Source: Octopus sinensis (Eukaryota). From it: 30,013 nucleotides of DNA. The stretch spans positions 1 through 30,013 of the forward strand of contig NW_021832673.1 in the NCBI RefSeq assembly GCF_006345805.1, in the 5' to 3' direction. Within the stretch, counting starts at the first letter, position 1. Every line of letters starts with the position of its first letter. This document shows, in pieces, positions 10,406 through 20,790 of the stretch. Under the pieces are notes generated by a model that was not told the origin of the DNA, searched no databases, and was given only the letters and a program-made list of their open reading frames with translations. The position numbers and the translations under genes are program-made.

Positions 10406-10612
10406 AATAATAATGGTTTCAAAGGCCAGCGATTTCGGGAGAGGGGATAAGTCAATTACATCGACCCCAGTGTTCAACTGGTACTTATTTTATCGACTCT
10501 GAAAGTATGAAAGGCAAAATCGGCGACATCTGAACCTAGAACGTAAAGACGGAAGAAATGCCGCTAAGCACTTTGTCCGCACGCTAACGAGTCTGCCAGC
10601 TCATCGCCTCAG
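10406..10612 (-). mobile_element. SINE family B copy (tail type with (AAT)n end)
   Basis: Head, central domain and (AAT)n-associated tail match 5062-5200 and 26390-26590. Confidence 0.82.
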
Positions 10613-10844
10613 TTGCATAATAATAATAATGATAATAAAATGAGCGAAATAAAACCAGTGCGTGTGTGCTTATTGGCATAATGACCCTCCCAAGATACAA
10701 CTAAATCTGATTCAACACACGATTTCACTTCAAGACTCTCGCGAAGCAAATGCCAAAACGAAATACTGCTAAAGATTTTGACTAATCGTATGAGAAGCTG
10801 AACTCAAATTCTCTCACATATTACTGTCAGACTTTGAAGAATTA

Positions 10845-11088
10845 CAGTAATGCCTCGATACAGGACTTAATTTGCTCCCAGAGACCGCTCTTAAAGCGAA
10901 AACTCGTAAAGCAGAGCAATAATTTGCCATAGTAGCAATGACATTTTATGCTGTCATTTTCTCCGTTGCTGTGTAGACACGTCAGAACTAGTATTACCAT
11001 ATGTTGCGATGCTGCCACAAACACAAAATGGCCGTTTAACCTATTTAAACTCGGTGTCTTGTAAAGCGGCTAAAGTGAGGTGTTACTG
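10845..11088. mobile_element. pogo/Tigger-like MITE
   Basis: TIR starts CAGTAATGCCTC versus CAGTAACACCTC (reverse complement of right end); TA on both sides (10843-44, 11089-90). Confidence 0.6.
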
Positions 11089-11370
11089 TATTTATAATCC
11101 TCGACCTTAGACTGGTAGGAATGAGTAACAGATGAAAGTAACCCCGAATCGAATTCCTAGCTGCAATGCTTGCAACAGAGCCCACTTCAGTAAAGATTCG
11201 CAAGGTGCCAGGCAATGAAGTTAAACCGGGTTACAGACTGAATTGAGTTTATTCTTTTCAAACAGCTTTAAAAATAAGAACGGAGATTCTACTGATAAGA
11301 GATACAACACTGTGAGAAGAGTCAACCATATCAAATTCATATTATAAACAGATGTATATATATATATATG

Positions 11371-11465
<95 letters not shown>

Positions 11466-11696
11466 TCTAAATATGTATAATCTTCATATATATATATATA
11501 TAGAAGAAGAGTGTTTATAATTATGAACAAATCACAATTATAACTAAGAGGGTTTCAAAAACCCCTACATCTTTAGAAATAGCAGTCAAAAACCACTATC
11601 AAGCCACCATTCTCACTCATATTATCTCTCCTCGCAATAAATGCTGTCTGTGGGCGACATGACGTATAAAATCCACAACTTAAAAATAAAAGGTTA

Positions 11697-11760
11697 ACTT
11701 TCTATTGCAAATTCGACGTTAGGAAACTGTTAAGGATCCCTTTCGCCTCTTCAGGAGAAT
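11697..11760 (-). ncRNA. Degenerate hammerhead motif (inverted partner of 11897-11960)
   Basis: AUUCUC-CUGAAGA-GGCG...CGUC-GAAU-UUGCAA-UA-GAAAGU. GAAA is changed to GAAU and stem I is weakened. Confidence 0.6.
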
Positions 11761-11896
11761 ATTCCTATAGATAGAAATTGATACGTTTAAATTCAGAATT
11801 TGAATGTGTAGATAGAGGTTGACACATTATTCTTGCCGGTCGCGATACATGTAAGCCCCAAAGTAAGGTTTTATATCAATTTCTATCTATAGGAAT

Positions 11897-11960
11897 ATTC
11901 TCCTGAAGAGACGAATGGGATCCTTTATAGGTTCCTAACTTCGAAATTGCAATAGAGAAT
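11897..11960 (+). ncRNA. Type I hammerhead ribozyme motif, complete core
   Basis: AUUCUC-CUGAAGA-GACG..GGGAUCC uuuaua GGUUCC..CUUC-GAAA-UUGCAA-UA-GAGAAU. 6-bp stem I, long interrupted stem II, palindromic stem III. Confidence 0.75.
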
Positions 11961-12056
11961 TAACCTTTTATTTTTAAGTTTTGGATTTTATATGTCATGT
12001 CGCTCGCAGACAGCATTTATCGGGAGGAGATATAATATGAGTGATAATAGCAGTTC

Positions 12057-12100
12057 CGAAAATGTGGACAATTTCTCACGGGGAGTTGTCCACATTTTCG
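12057..12100. other. Perfect 15-bp hairpin
   Basis: cgaaaatgtggacaa (12057-12071) / ttgtccacattttcg (12086-12100). Confidence 0.85.
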
Positions 12101-12397
12101 TAAATTTTTACTTCAAAACTGGAAAACCTGGCTATCGAGTAAAGGAAGACAACTCTCCCGGCCATAATTTTATAAGAGGAATATTTCTTGAACTATCACC
12201 GGCGTTCTTTGCAGAGATCAGTTATCGTTTAAAGAAACTGAAGAGATGCTTAGTTCACGCTAGATAAGAAACCAATGTTTTTTTTTTCTTAACTGTTACT
12301 TTACTCATACAAAAATAAACAACTGCTCTATATTTTATAGGCTATGCTCTTCTCCTGATTTATGATCTCATAACGAAGATATATGATAGATCGCTAG

Positions 12398-12587
12398 CCA
12401 CTAAACCTTTTTCTATTTTCTCTCCCTGTTTATTTCTGTGTTCCTTTGTGTTGAAGAGCGTAGGCTCGAAACGTAAAAGGACTTTCTCACTTCCCGAGCG
12501 TTAAACTAATACATCTGTTTGTTGTTTACACACCCGTCTTCGTATTTTGAATTTTTGTTGGTTATTCTTTTTTGTAAATTCTCACTA
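12398..12587 (+). mobile_element. Hammerhead-like repeat A2 copy
   Basis: Aligns with 20612-20790 (+) and 20161-20290 (-). Contains UCCUUU-GUGUUGA-A-GAGC-guag-GCUC-GAAA-CG-UA-AAAGGA at 12442-12481. Confidence 0.75.
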
Positions 12588-12589
12588 TA

Positions 12590-12819
12590 CGTTAATCTGT
12601 CGACTGTCGCGGGTGTTACGTCACTTCAACATTACTCCCCGCAATAGGTGAAAATTCTCGAAGTAGAAACAGTACTGTATTGCATATATTGTTTTTATTA
12701 TTTTTATAATTTGTATATATTTATTTTATTATAAAGGCAAAACAACACCAAGGAGGAATCGACGTAAGCTTAAATAATAAACCGCGATGAGTGAACCGCG
12801 ATATGGCGAGAGATTAATG
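12590..12819. mobile_element. pogo/Tigger-like MITE
   Basis: TIR starts CGTTAATCTGTCG..tcgcgg versus CATTAATCTCTCG..tcgcgg; TA flanks at 12588-89 and 12820-21. Confidence 0.65.
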
Positions 12820-13479
12820 TATATGTGTGTTGTGTGTGTGTGTGTGTGTGTGTGTAAGTATGTTATCTATACATATACAAGTACATCAAGAGAGAGAAAA
12901 ATAAGACTGATGAGAGAAGGACAGATTGATAATATGAGAGCGAGAGAGAGAGAGAGAGAGAGAGAGTTTGTGGGGTTGCTGACAGAAGCTGGAATAGAAA
13001 AGTGCTGTTGATTTAGAGAAGACTTAATTATTTTATTGACTGAATAGTCAATTAAAATCGGGAAATTAGGACTTAAATTGCATCAAATGTGCTGAAACGA
13101 AACCCTGATTAAGACTTGACAGCAGTAGCCTAATGTACATTGACATTTAATTAGTGTCACGACTCGGGTGGGTGGTGAATTATATGCACTTCTTAACGAT
13201 AGCTAACGCTGCATGTGTTTCAGTAACTGTTTATGTTCTTTTTGTTGTTGTTGTTGTTTCTGTTTTTGCTGCTGTTGTTGTTTGTTGTTTGTTGCTGTTG
13301 TTGATGATGATGATGATGATGATGATGACGTTGGTTTTGTCGGTTTGTTGAATAGACATTTTCATGTCTACATCATTTGCTGTTATTGACTGTTCAGTCT
13401 CGTTGTTGGTGATGGTAGATCTATCTGTCAGTCTGCCTATCGGTCTGTTTATCGCTCTCTGTTTCTATCTCTTTCTTTC

Positions 13480-13898
<419 letters not shown>

Positions 13899-15290
13899 AA
13901 AAGTCCAGAAAAGGCAAGCACAGACAAAGTCGAAAAGTGCTTACGCCCCATCTGGGGATACAATGATTGTGTGACTTGGGCGAACAAGTTCGCACACGTA
14001 CAGGTGGTTTTTCAGAATGAAGAGTTGGCGAAGAAATTCTCAACGATAACCCTTCATTCTGATGAACTAACGTTGACACCGAGTTACCTCGGCCAGAAGG
14101 TGACGAAAGTCATTATCAGTGGTGTCCCCCAAGTGACTACAACACTGTGGATAACATCCGCCTTAACATCCGAAATGGAGGACTTAAACATCCTAGATAT
14201 CGGTGTTTCGGAAAACAAGGACTGGCTGGGAAAGAGAATAGAGTTCCTCTTCCACATAAGCCAAGAGGACATAAATAAAATCCCCACCCACGTACATCTT
14301 GAGGATGGCCGCAAGTTATACGTAGTAGTCGAGGGCAGAAGGCCACGATGCTATACATGTGGCAGTGAGGCACACCTCAAAAAGGAGTGCAAATCTGCCG
14401 CAAAATTACAACAACAACAACAGCCACAGAAAAATCACAAAAGCCAGCATTATTGCCCACACCACAATATGGACAGCTAGTCAAGAAGCTGTATGCGGAA
14501 ATGCAGGAAAAACAACAAAGAACAAGCCAACCCAACCAAACACACCAACACCAGCGCCAAGAACAGAATCATCACCACCAAAACAAATAAACCAATTCCA
14601 ACACCAAGAACAACAGCAAAACCCAAAGGAACAGAAAAACAAAGAAAACAACACAAAACTGATCCCCCATCCCTTATACCGCACTCAACACACACAAACA
14701 CTCAACAACCAACAACAACGAAAACAACAACACAACCACTTACACAGACATACATAGAAGCCCACAACATACCCCTACCCACTTCTGATTCCTCAGAAAT
14801 TTCGTCGGAAGACGAAACCAGTGAGGAATGGCAAATAGCTACAAAAAGAAGGAAAAATAAGAGCAGAAACACAACCAAACCAAATGCAAACACGAACAAA
14901 GCAGGGGGAAATACATCTCCCGAAGACATTTCAAAACCCAACGCAAACAACAGCCACACCAACACCACAAAAACATATACAGCAAACATGCTCACAGCCA
15001 TAGACACCTAAAAACACAATTTGATGGAATACATCCAATCAAAAACAAACATAACAGAAGATGACATAAAAACAAACAATCACCCATACACAACACCACC
15101 AGACCACATCAAAATATTACACATCTCCAAAAGTCTGCACCACACACTCAAAGGCATTTTCCCCAGTGCGGTTGGTAAATGCCAAAAAATCTCACAAAGA
15201 AACTGTACTGGGATCTTCTCGAGGACAAACCAACGGAGGAGAAAGCAAAAACTTTCGAGCAGTAAGTAACCCTCTGTATTCTAATTCATT
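13899..15290 (+). pseudogene. ORF1 (gag-like nucleic-acid-binding protein), 5' truncated and frameshifted
   Basis: Open from the microsatellite junction with no Met: [13 protein letters not shown]...IPTHVHLEDGRKLYVVVEGRRPRCYTCGSEAHLKKEC (CX2CX4HX4C) to 14480. A C/A-rich low-complexity continuation follows in other frames (14493-15011, 15021-15269) with an acidic patch and EWQIATKRRK. Confidence 0.75.
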
Positions 15291-15296
15291 AGAACT

Positions 15297-18200
15297 ATGA
15301 TCAAGATTGGTTGTGTAAATGCGCGTGGCTTGGGGTCCCCTTGGAAACAAGGGTACCTCTTAAATGACATAAAGTCACATAAGTTAGAAATCATAGCCAT
15401 AAGTGAGACCAGACTCCACAATCCGCGGGCCCTAAAGACCATGTTTGGCGGACAGTTCAACATTTATTTTTCCCCCTGTCTGCCGAGAATGGGCGGTAGT
15501 GGCACCGCGGTACTTTTTCACAAGAGTCTGGATCTCAAAGTAAGGACAATATTCGTAGACCCGGAGGGTAGACTGGTCGTCCTGGATGTCGACGGCAGCA
15601 ATGGGTGCGCTTTTCGACTCGTATCAGTTTACGCACCGCCCTTAACAGGTCGGGCGGATTTCTTTCAACGTCTAGAAGTATTCTTGGGAACGTCTCGTCC
15701 TTTACTCTTAGTGGGGGATTGGAATGCTACCTTGGACACGCATGTAGACTACGTGGGTAGAGATAGGAATAGACGGGGATGCAAATGCCTCAGAGACCTG
15801 CTCAGACGCTTTCAACTGTCTGACAGGTTCCGACTAGACCACCCGAATGCGCCAACGTGGACATGGAGCAACCGCATCGGGTCGTCGAGATCGTATCTAG
15901 ATAGGATACTGTGTAGGACAGTAGATAGAGATAGCATAGGATGTCCACAATTCCACATAGTCAGCTACACGGATCACAAACTTGTGACATGTACGCTAGA
16001 CTTAGGTAAGACACTTAGGCAGGGTCCCGGATACTGGAAACTAAACGCGTCTTTCCCATCGAGAAGGTTTCAGAGACCGGATTAGCACACTAGTAAAGAG
16101 GGCTTTGACGGGAGCCATCATCAACAACAAATGGTGGTTTGCCCTCAAGAGAGCAGTAAAAGCAGAAGCGATTAGGTACAGCAAAGCACTAGCCATAGAT
16201 AGAAATAGAGTAGAGGGTGAGCTAGTTAAGAAGCTAGAAGAGGCAATTAGAAGCGGCATCGCATCCGACGTTTTGGCGGCGAGGTTGGCCCTCGACCAAC
16301 ACTTCAACGCCAAACACGAAGGATGTGCTGTCAGAGCTAGGATGCGTGCTCTAAGGAACGAAGGTGTTGGAGCCGCGAGAGAGGCCCGGGTGGCAGAGGC
16401 GCAACAGGGCAACAAAGCCACCATTCGGTCCCTGGTAGATGAACAGGGGCGCGAATTGCTCGAGCCAAGTAAAATGTGTGAGGCCTTTCAGCAGCATTTT
16501 GCCCGACTGTTCGGAACGAGTGGAGGGCAAGAACGTAGGGTGGACTTCAGTGCCTACCTACATAGCCTACCACGACTCTCGACAAGAAAGGCAGGGTGCT
16601 GCGAAGGTGCCATCACGGCGGCGGAAGTGCAGGAAGCGATGGCAGAATGCTCGAGGGACAAATCACCGGGTTTGGATGGTCTACCCTACGAGCTTTACAA
16701 TTGTATGCCAGACTTGTTTGGAGATCTCTTGGCGGCGGTGTACTGCAACTGGCAGCAAAACGGGAGCATTCCTGGTTTTGTGAGCCGAGGAGCCGTAACA
16801 CTGCTGAAGAAAGATCTAAACAAGGGAAATGTAATAGATAACTTTAGGCCCATCACTCTGCTTAATGCAGACTTGAAAATTTTGGCCAAGGTGCTAGCCA
16901 AGAGGTTGGCGCTTGTCATCGAGAAACTGGTCGACAAGGCGCAAACATGCGCCGTGCCAGGCCGGACCATCCATGACAACCTCCATCATGCGCTACATCA
17001 TAGACAGGGTAGTTAACGAACCTGGCATGGGTGGGGCCCTGATCAACTTGGATCAATCGAAAGCCTTTGATAGGGTAGACCATCGATACTTGGAGGCAGT
17101 CCTGAGAGCGGCTGGTTTCGGTCCCGTCTTCCGCGGCTGGATAGCTGCTTGTACAGAGGCATCCGTTCGGTAATTCGCGTAAATGGACATCTATCGAGAC
17201 CTTTCGACATTGCACGTTCGTCCGTCAGGGATGCCCCCTCTCGGCGCTTCTATACGTATTGACTCTTGAGCCACTACTGCGGAAGCTGGCGACTCTAAGG
17301 GGCATCCCGCGAGAATTGGGATGCGGGACGAGCGTGTCTGCATACGCGGACGACGTCACCGTCATAGTGTCTAGCCACGAGCACATCGAGCTGGTCGGCG
17401 AGACACTGAAAAACTACGAAGCGGTGACAGGAGCGAAAATCAACCGGGAAAAGTCAGTGGGCTTGCGACTAGGCACCTGGAGAAGCAAGCCCATGCCGTC
17501 CACCAGCGCCTCCGTCGTGGGACGCTGGACCGACGGCCCGGTTGAGTTGCTCGGGGTCTGGTTTGGTCCGGACCTCCAAGTGGAGAAGAACTGGAACGAG
17601 ATAACGAGTAGGGTGGTCACTCTCGCCCGGCAATGGGCCGAGAGGAAACTGTCCCTAAAAGGTCGAGCGGAGGTGGCGAACACGTACATCGCGTCCGTCA
17701 TCTACTACCGCCTGACCGTCGTACCTTGTCCCGACCCTACCATCACCAAACTACAACGCATTCTCTTTCGCTTCTTGTGGAAAGGATGCGTCCCGATGGT
17801 CAGGCGATCCATTTGCTGTCAACACCCGTTAAAAGGAGGGCTGGGCATGCCGTGGTTGATGATGCGCAGACACGCGCTGAGACTGCGACATCTCTGGCTC
17901 TATGTAGACGACGGTGAACAGGTGTGGTCGCCGTTTGTGAGGCACGCTTTCCCGCAGCTCGTCTCCATGACCGAACTGCAGTCGTGGATCAAAAAGAGGC
18001 CGAGGAAGGGCGAATGGCACCGCGAGTGTCGCGTTGCTCTCAAGCAACTCTGCCGTCCTGGGTCGACCTTAAGTGACTTCAACACAACCAAAGCATTCTA
18101 TAGGGGTTTAGTGGAGGGGAGGTACGACGACGAGCTCGGGGCGAACCTGGACGTCGACGAGGAGTACCTGACCCGCCTGTTCAGGACGACTTTCGGGCCA

Positions 18201-18728
18201 GGGCCCATGGACAACTTCCAGAGATCCCTGGCCTGGCAGTGCTACCGAGAAGCGCTACCCGTTCGGGATAAGCTCTACAGACACGGCTCGAGAAACACGG
18301 GGCCGACCTGCCCGAGATGCGGTCAGAGCGACGAAACCGTTCTGCACGCACTCGTTCAGTGTCCAACAATTTCCGACCTGTGGGCTTATGTCGAACAACT
18401 GCTGTCACGTGTGGGACGAGTCGGTTTATCAGCTGAGTCTATCGTCAATATTGTCACGCCTCCTTCCTTCAAACGGGAAGGAAGAGCTATTTTCATCATC
18501 CTTGTGGCTATGGCGAAAGAATGTATCTGGTGGACGCGTCTGAAAGGATTGGAGACAAACACTTTCCTCTCTGGTCAATCTCTCATCAACTTCTTCAAGT
18601 ACCACTTGAAAAGGAAAGTGAGAGTAGAGAGGCAAGTTTTGTCTAGCGAATGTTTTAAAAAAAGATGGGTGAATGTAGCAAGAATGGCACGTATGAATGA
18701 CGACGCCACCTTGAGCATAATCCTATGA
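15297..18728 (+). pseudogene. ORF2: APE endonuclease + reverse transcriptase + C-terminal CCHC, frameshifted
   Basis: APE motifs (NARGL, SETR, VYAP, GDWN, YLDR, TDH); RT motifs (SPGLDGLP, FRPITLLNADLKILAK, DQSKAFDRVDH, RQGCPLS, AYADD); CPRCGQSDETVLHALVQC. Frameshifts near 16065, 16988, 17147 and 17220; no in-frame stops seen in the spliced reading. Confidence 0.95.
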
Positions 18729-19108
18729 ACCCAGAAATTGAAAACAGAGATCTGCTTATTTGCAAAAAAAAAAAAAAAAAAAACAGAAATATAAAATGTG
18801 ACTTCATTGACCGAGGTTACCGTGGTCTTTTCCGTAGGCTTTTCTTTCCACGGGTAAACCTCACCTGTCCTCCCCTTTACACTTCATATTGACATTTCTG
18901 TGATAACGATCCCTATTGATCAATTTTTTTCCCTCTCCCCCTTTTTTTAACCCCCCTTTTTTGTCCTCTTTCTCTCCTTTTACGATCCCTTTTGATCGAA
19001 ACTCCCCCCATTCCCTTTTTTTCTTTTTTTTTTTTAAACCTTCAAAAGAAAAGCTCTACCTTGTCATTTGTTCTATCTGTGTGCAGCCCTGTGTGGCTAA
19101 TAAAGAAA

Positions 19109-19153
19109 CATATCTATTTATCTATCTATCTATTTATCTATCTATCTGTCTGC

Positions 19154-19188
<35 letters not shown>

Positions 19189-19209
19189 CCTATCTATCTA
19201 TCTGTCTGC

Positions 19210-19282
<73 letters not shown>

Positions 19283-19284
19283 CC

Positions 19285-19319
<35 letters not shown>

Positions 19320-19348
19320 ATGTCTGTGTCTGTCTATCTATCTATCTG
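19109..19348. repeat. (TCTA)n/(TCTG)n compound microsatellite, right flank
   Basis: Directly visible, same strand orientation as the left flank. Confidence 0.97.
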
Positions 19349-19363
19349 ACAATTTTTAGCCGT

Positions 19364-19496
19364 ATGGTTCCGGGTTCAGTCCCACTGCGTGGTACCTTGG
19401 GAAAGTGTCTTCTCCTATAGCCTCGGGGTGACGAAAGCCTTGTGAGTGAATTTAGTAGAGGGAAACTGAAAGACGCCCGTCGTATATATAAATATA
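19364..19496 (+). mobile_element. SINE part C, 5' truncated
   Basis: atggttccgggttcagtcccactgcgtggtaccttgggaaagtgtcttct...gaaactgaaagacgcccgtcgta matches 21500-21663 (-) and 25857-26010. Confidence 0.85.
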
Positions 19497-19729
19497 TATT
19501 TATTTACTACCCACAAGGGGCTAAACATAGAGGGGACAAACAAGGACAGACAAAGGGATTAAGTCGATTACATCACCCCAGGTGCGAAACTGATACTTTA
19601 TTTATCGACCCCGAGAGGATTAAAGGCAAAATCGACCTCGGCGGAATTTGAATTCAGAACGTAACGACAGACGAAATACCGCTAAGCATTTCGCCCGGCG
19701 CGCTAACGTTTCTGCCAGCTCGCCGCCTC
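19497..19729 (-). mobile_element. SINE family B (young tail type) with 22-bp TSD
   Basis: Full head to tail; gcccgtcgtatatataaatata is duplicated at 19475-19496 and 19730-19751. Confidence 0.92.
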
Positions 19730-19758
19730 GCCCGTCGTATATATAAATATAATGAGTC

Positions 19759-20123
19759 GACACCGTCGGTCACGAATGACCATCGGTGCACCTAAGAGGT
19801 TTCTCTCCGGGGTACAAGTCTGGGCGAAAAGTCGCCTCACTGACGAACGCACAACATGGGGTTGTTTTTATGGAAGACGAGCAATCGCCCATGCATACAG
19901 GCCTCCCCTCTTCACGCCACGGATGTTATCTAAGGGAAAGGCAAAGGGGCCGATTCCGCTTGGTATCAGTGACGAGGTAACTCAGTTTCTACAGCTGAGT
20001 GTACTGGAGCAACGTGAAATAAAGTGCTTACTCAAGAACAACACGCATCCTGGTCCGAGAATCGAACTCACAGCCTTACGATCGTAAGCTCGACGCCCTA
20101 ACCACTAAACCATGCGCCTTCAC
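19759..20123 (-). mobile_element. tRNA-derived SINE family D, full length
   Basis: Minus strand starts gtgaaggcgcatggtttagtggttagggcg...gagttcgattctcgg (A/B boxes) and ends with the ggtca-ttcg-tgacc hairpin. Homologous to 24494-24763. Confidence 0.85.
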
Positions 20124-20160
20124 ACACACACACACACACCACACACACATAGAGAGACAT

Positions 20161-20290
20161 ATAGGGAGAATTGACAAAAAAAACAAAAGACGAAGACAGG
20201 TGGTGTAGACAACAATCAGATTTATTAGATTAACGCACAGGAAGTGAAAAAGTCTTTAACGTTTCAAGCCTACGCCCTTCCACAGACAAA
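20161..20290 (-). mobile_element. Hammerhead-like repeat A2 copy
   Basis: Minus strand CUGUGGA-A-GGGC-guag-GCUU-GAAA-CG-UU-AAAGAC; downstream sequence matches 12480-12587. Confidence 0.72.
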
Positions 20291-20311
20291 TAGACATATA
20301 TATATATAGAC

Positions 20312-20342
<31 letters not shown>

Positions 20343-20365
20343 GTATATATATATATATATATATA

Positions 20366-20406
<41 letters not shown>

Positions 20407-20502
20407 TTAGAGACAAAACCACTATTATGCAAATCAAACAAGAAAGACTTAAGCCAATACATAAAATAATTTATATAATTTAGAAATTTAACAATTATAA
20501 AT

Positions 20503-20563
20503 AACCACTACGATCGTTTCATGTCTTATTTCAGCACATCTTTGAGACATTCTTCAGGTGGTT
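20503..20563 (-). ncRNA. Type I hammerhead ribozyme motif, complete and well paired
   Basis: Minus strand AACCAC-CUGAAGA-AUGUCU-(18 nt)-AGACAU-GAAA-CGAUCG-UA-GUGGUU. Perfect 6-bp stem I and 6-bp stem II, full core, 8-nt palindrome ACGAUCGU as stem III, GUA cleavage site. Confidence 0.82.
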
Positions 20564-20577
20564 TCAAAACCTTCTTC

Positions 20578-20612
20578 GCGAGTTTTAAACTATGAACTAG
20601 TTTAAAACTCGC
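20578..20612. other. Perfect 15-bp hairpin
   Basis: gcgagttttaaacta-tgaac-tagtttaaaactcgc. Confidence 0.85.
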
Positions 20613-20790
20613 CATTAAACCTTTTCTATTTTCTCTCCCTGTTTATTTCTGTGTTCCTCTCTGTCGAAGAGCATAGGCTCGAAACGTAAATGACTTTCTC
20701 ACTTCCCGAGCCTTAAACTAATACATCTGTTTGTTGTTTACACACCCGTCTTCTTATTTATTTTTTTTTTTTTGTGAATTCTTACAATAT
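20612..20790 (+). mobile_element. Hammerhead-like repeat A2 copy
   Basis: CUGUCGA-A-GAGC-auag-GCUC-GAAA-CG-UA at 20661-20688; closely matches 12398-12587. Confidence 0.75.

Larger units (their letters stand above)
11613..12044. repeat. 171-bp inverted repeat with 90-bp spacer, each arm carrying a hammerhead motif
   Basis: Arms 11613-11783 and 11874-12044 align without gaps; about 16 mismatches by manual count, and the innermost ~37 bp are identical. Confidence 0.92.
13899..19108 (+). mobile_element. L1-superfamily (Tx1-like) non-LTR retrotransposon, near full length
   Basis: ORF1 with a CCHC knuckle, ORF2 APE-RT-CCHC, and a 3' UTR ending AATAAAGAAA (19099-19108), with (TCTA)n on both flanks. 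Placement in Tx1 rather than other L1 lineages rests on recalled motif style (YADD, GYWKLN, QGCPLS, KxKGGLG). Confidence 0.9.

Noticed and set aside
11992-12267. 91-aa ORF
   Set aside because: Starts inside the inverted-repeat arm and crosses a hairpin; no recognisable motifs.
12238-12280. CUGAAGA...GAAA as another hammerhead
   Set aside because: No credible stem II, stem III is not palindromic or paired, and stem I is only A/U runs.
16041-18635. Antisense and alternative-frame ORFs overlapping ORF2
   Set aside because: Expected by-products of a GC-balanced coding region; no independent motifs.
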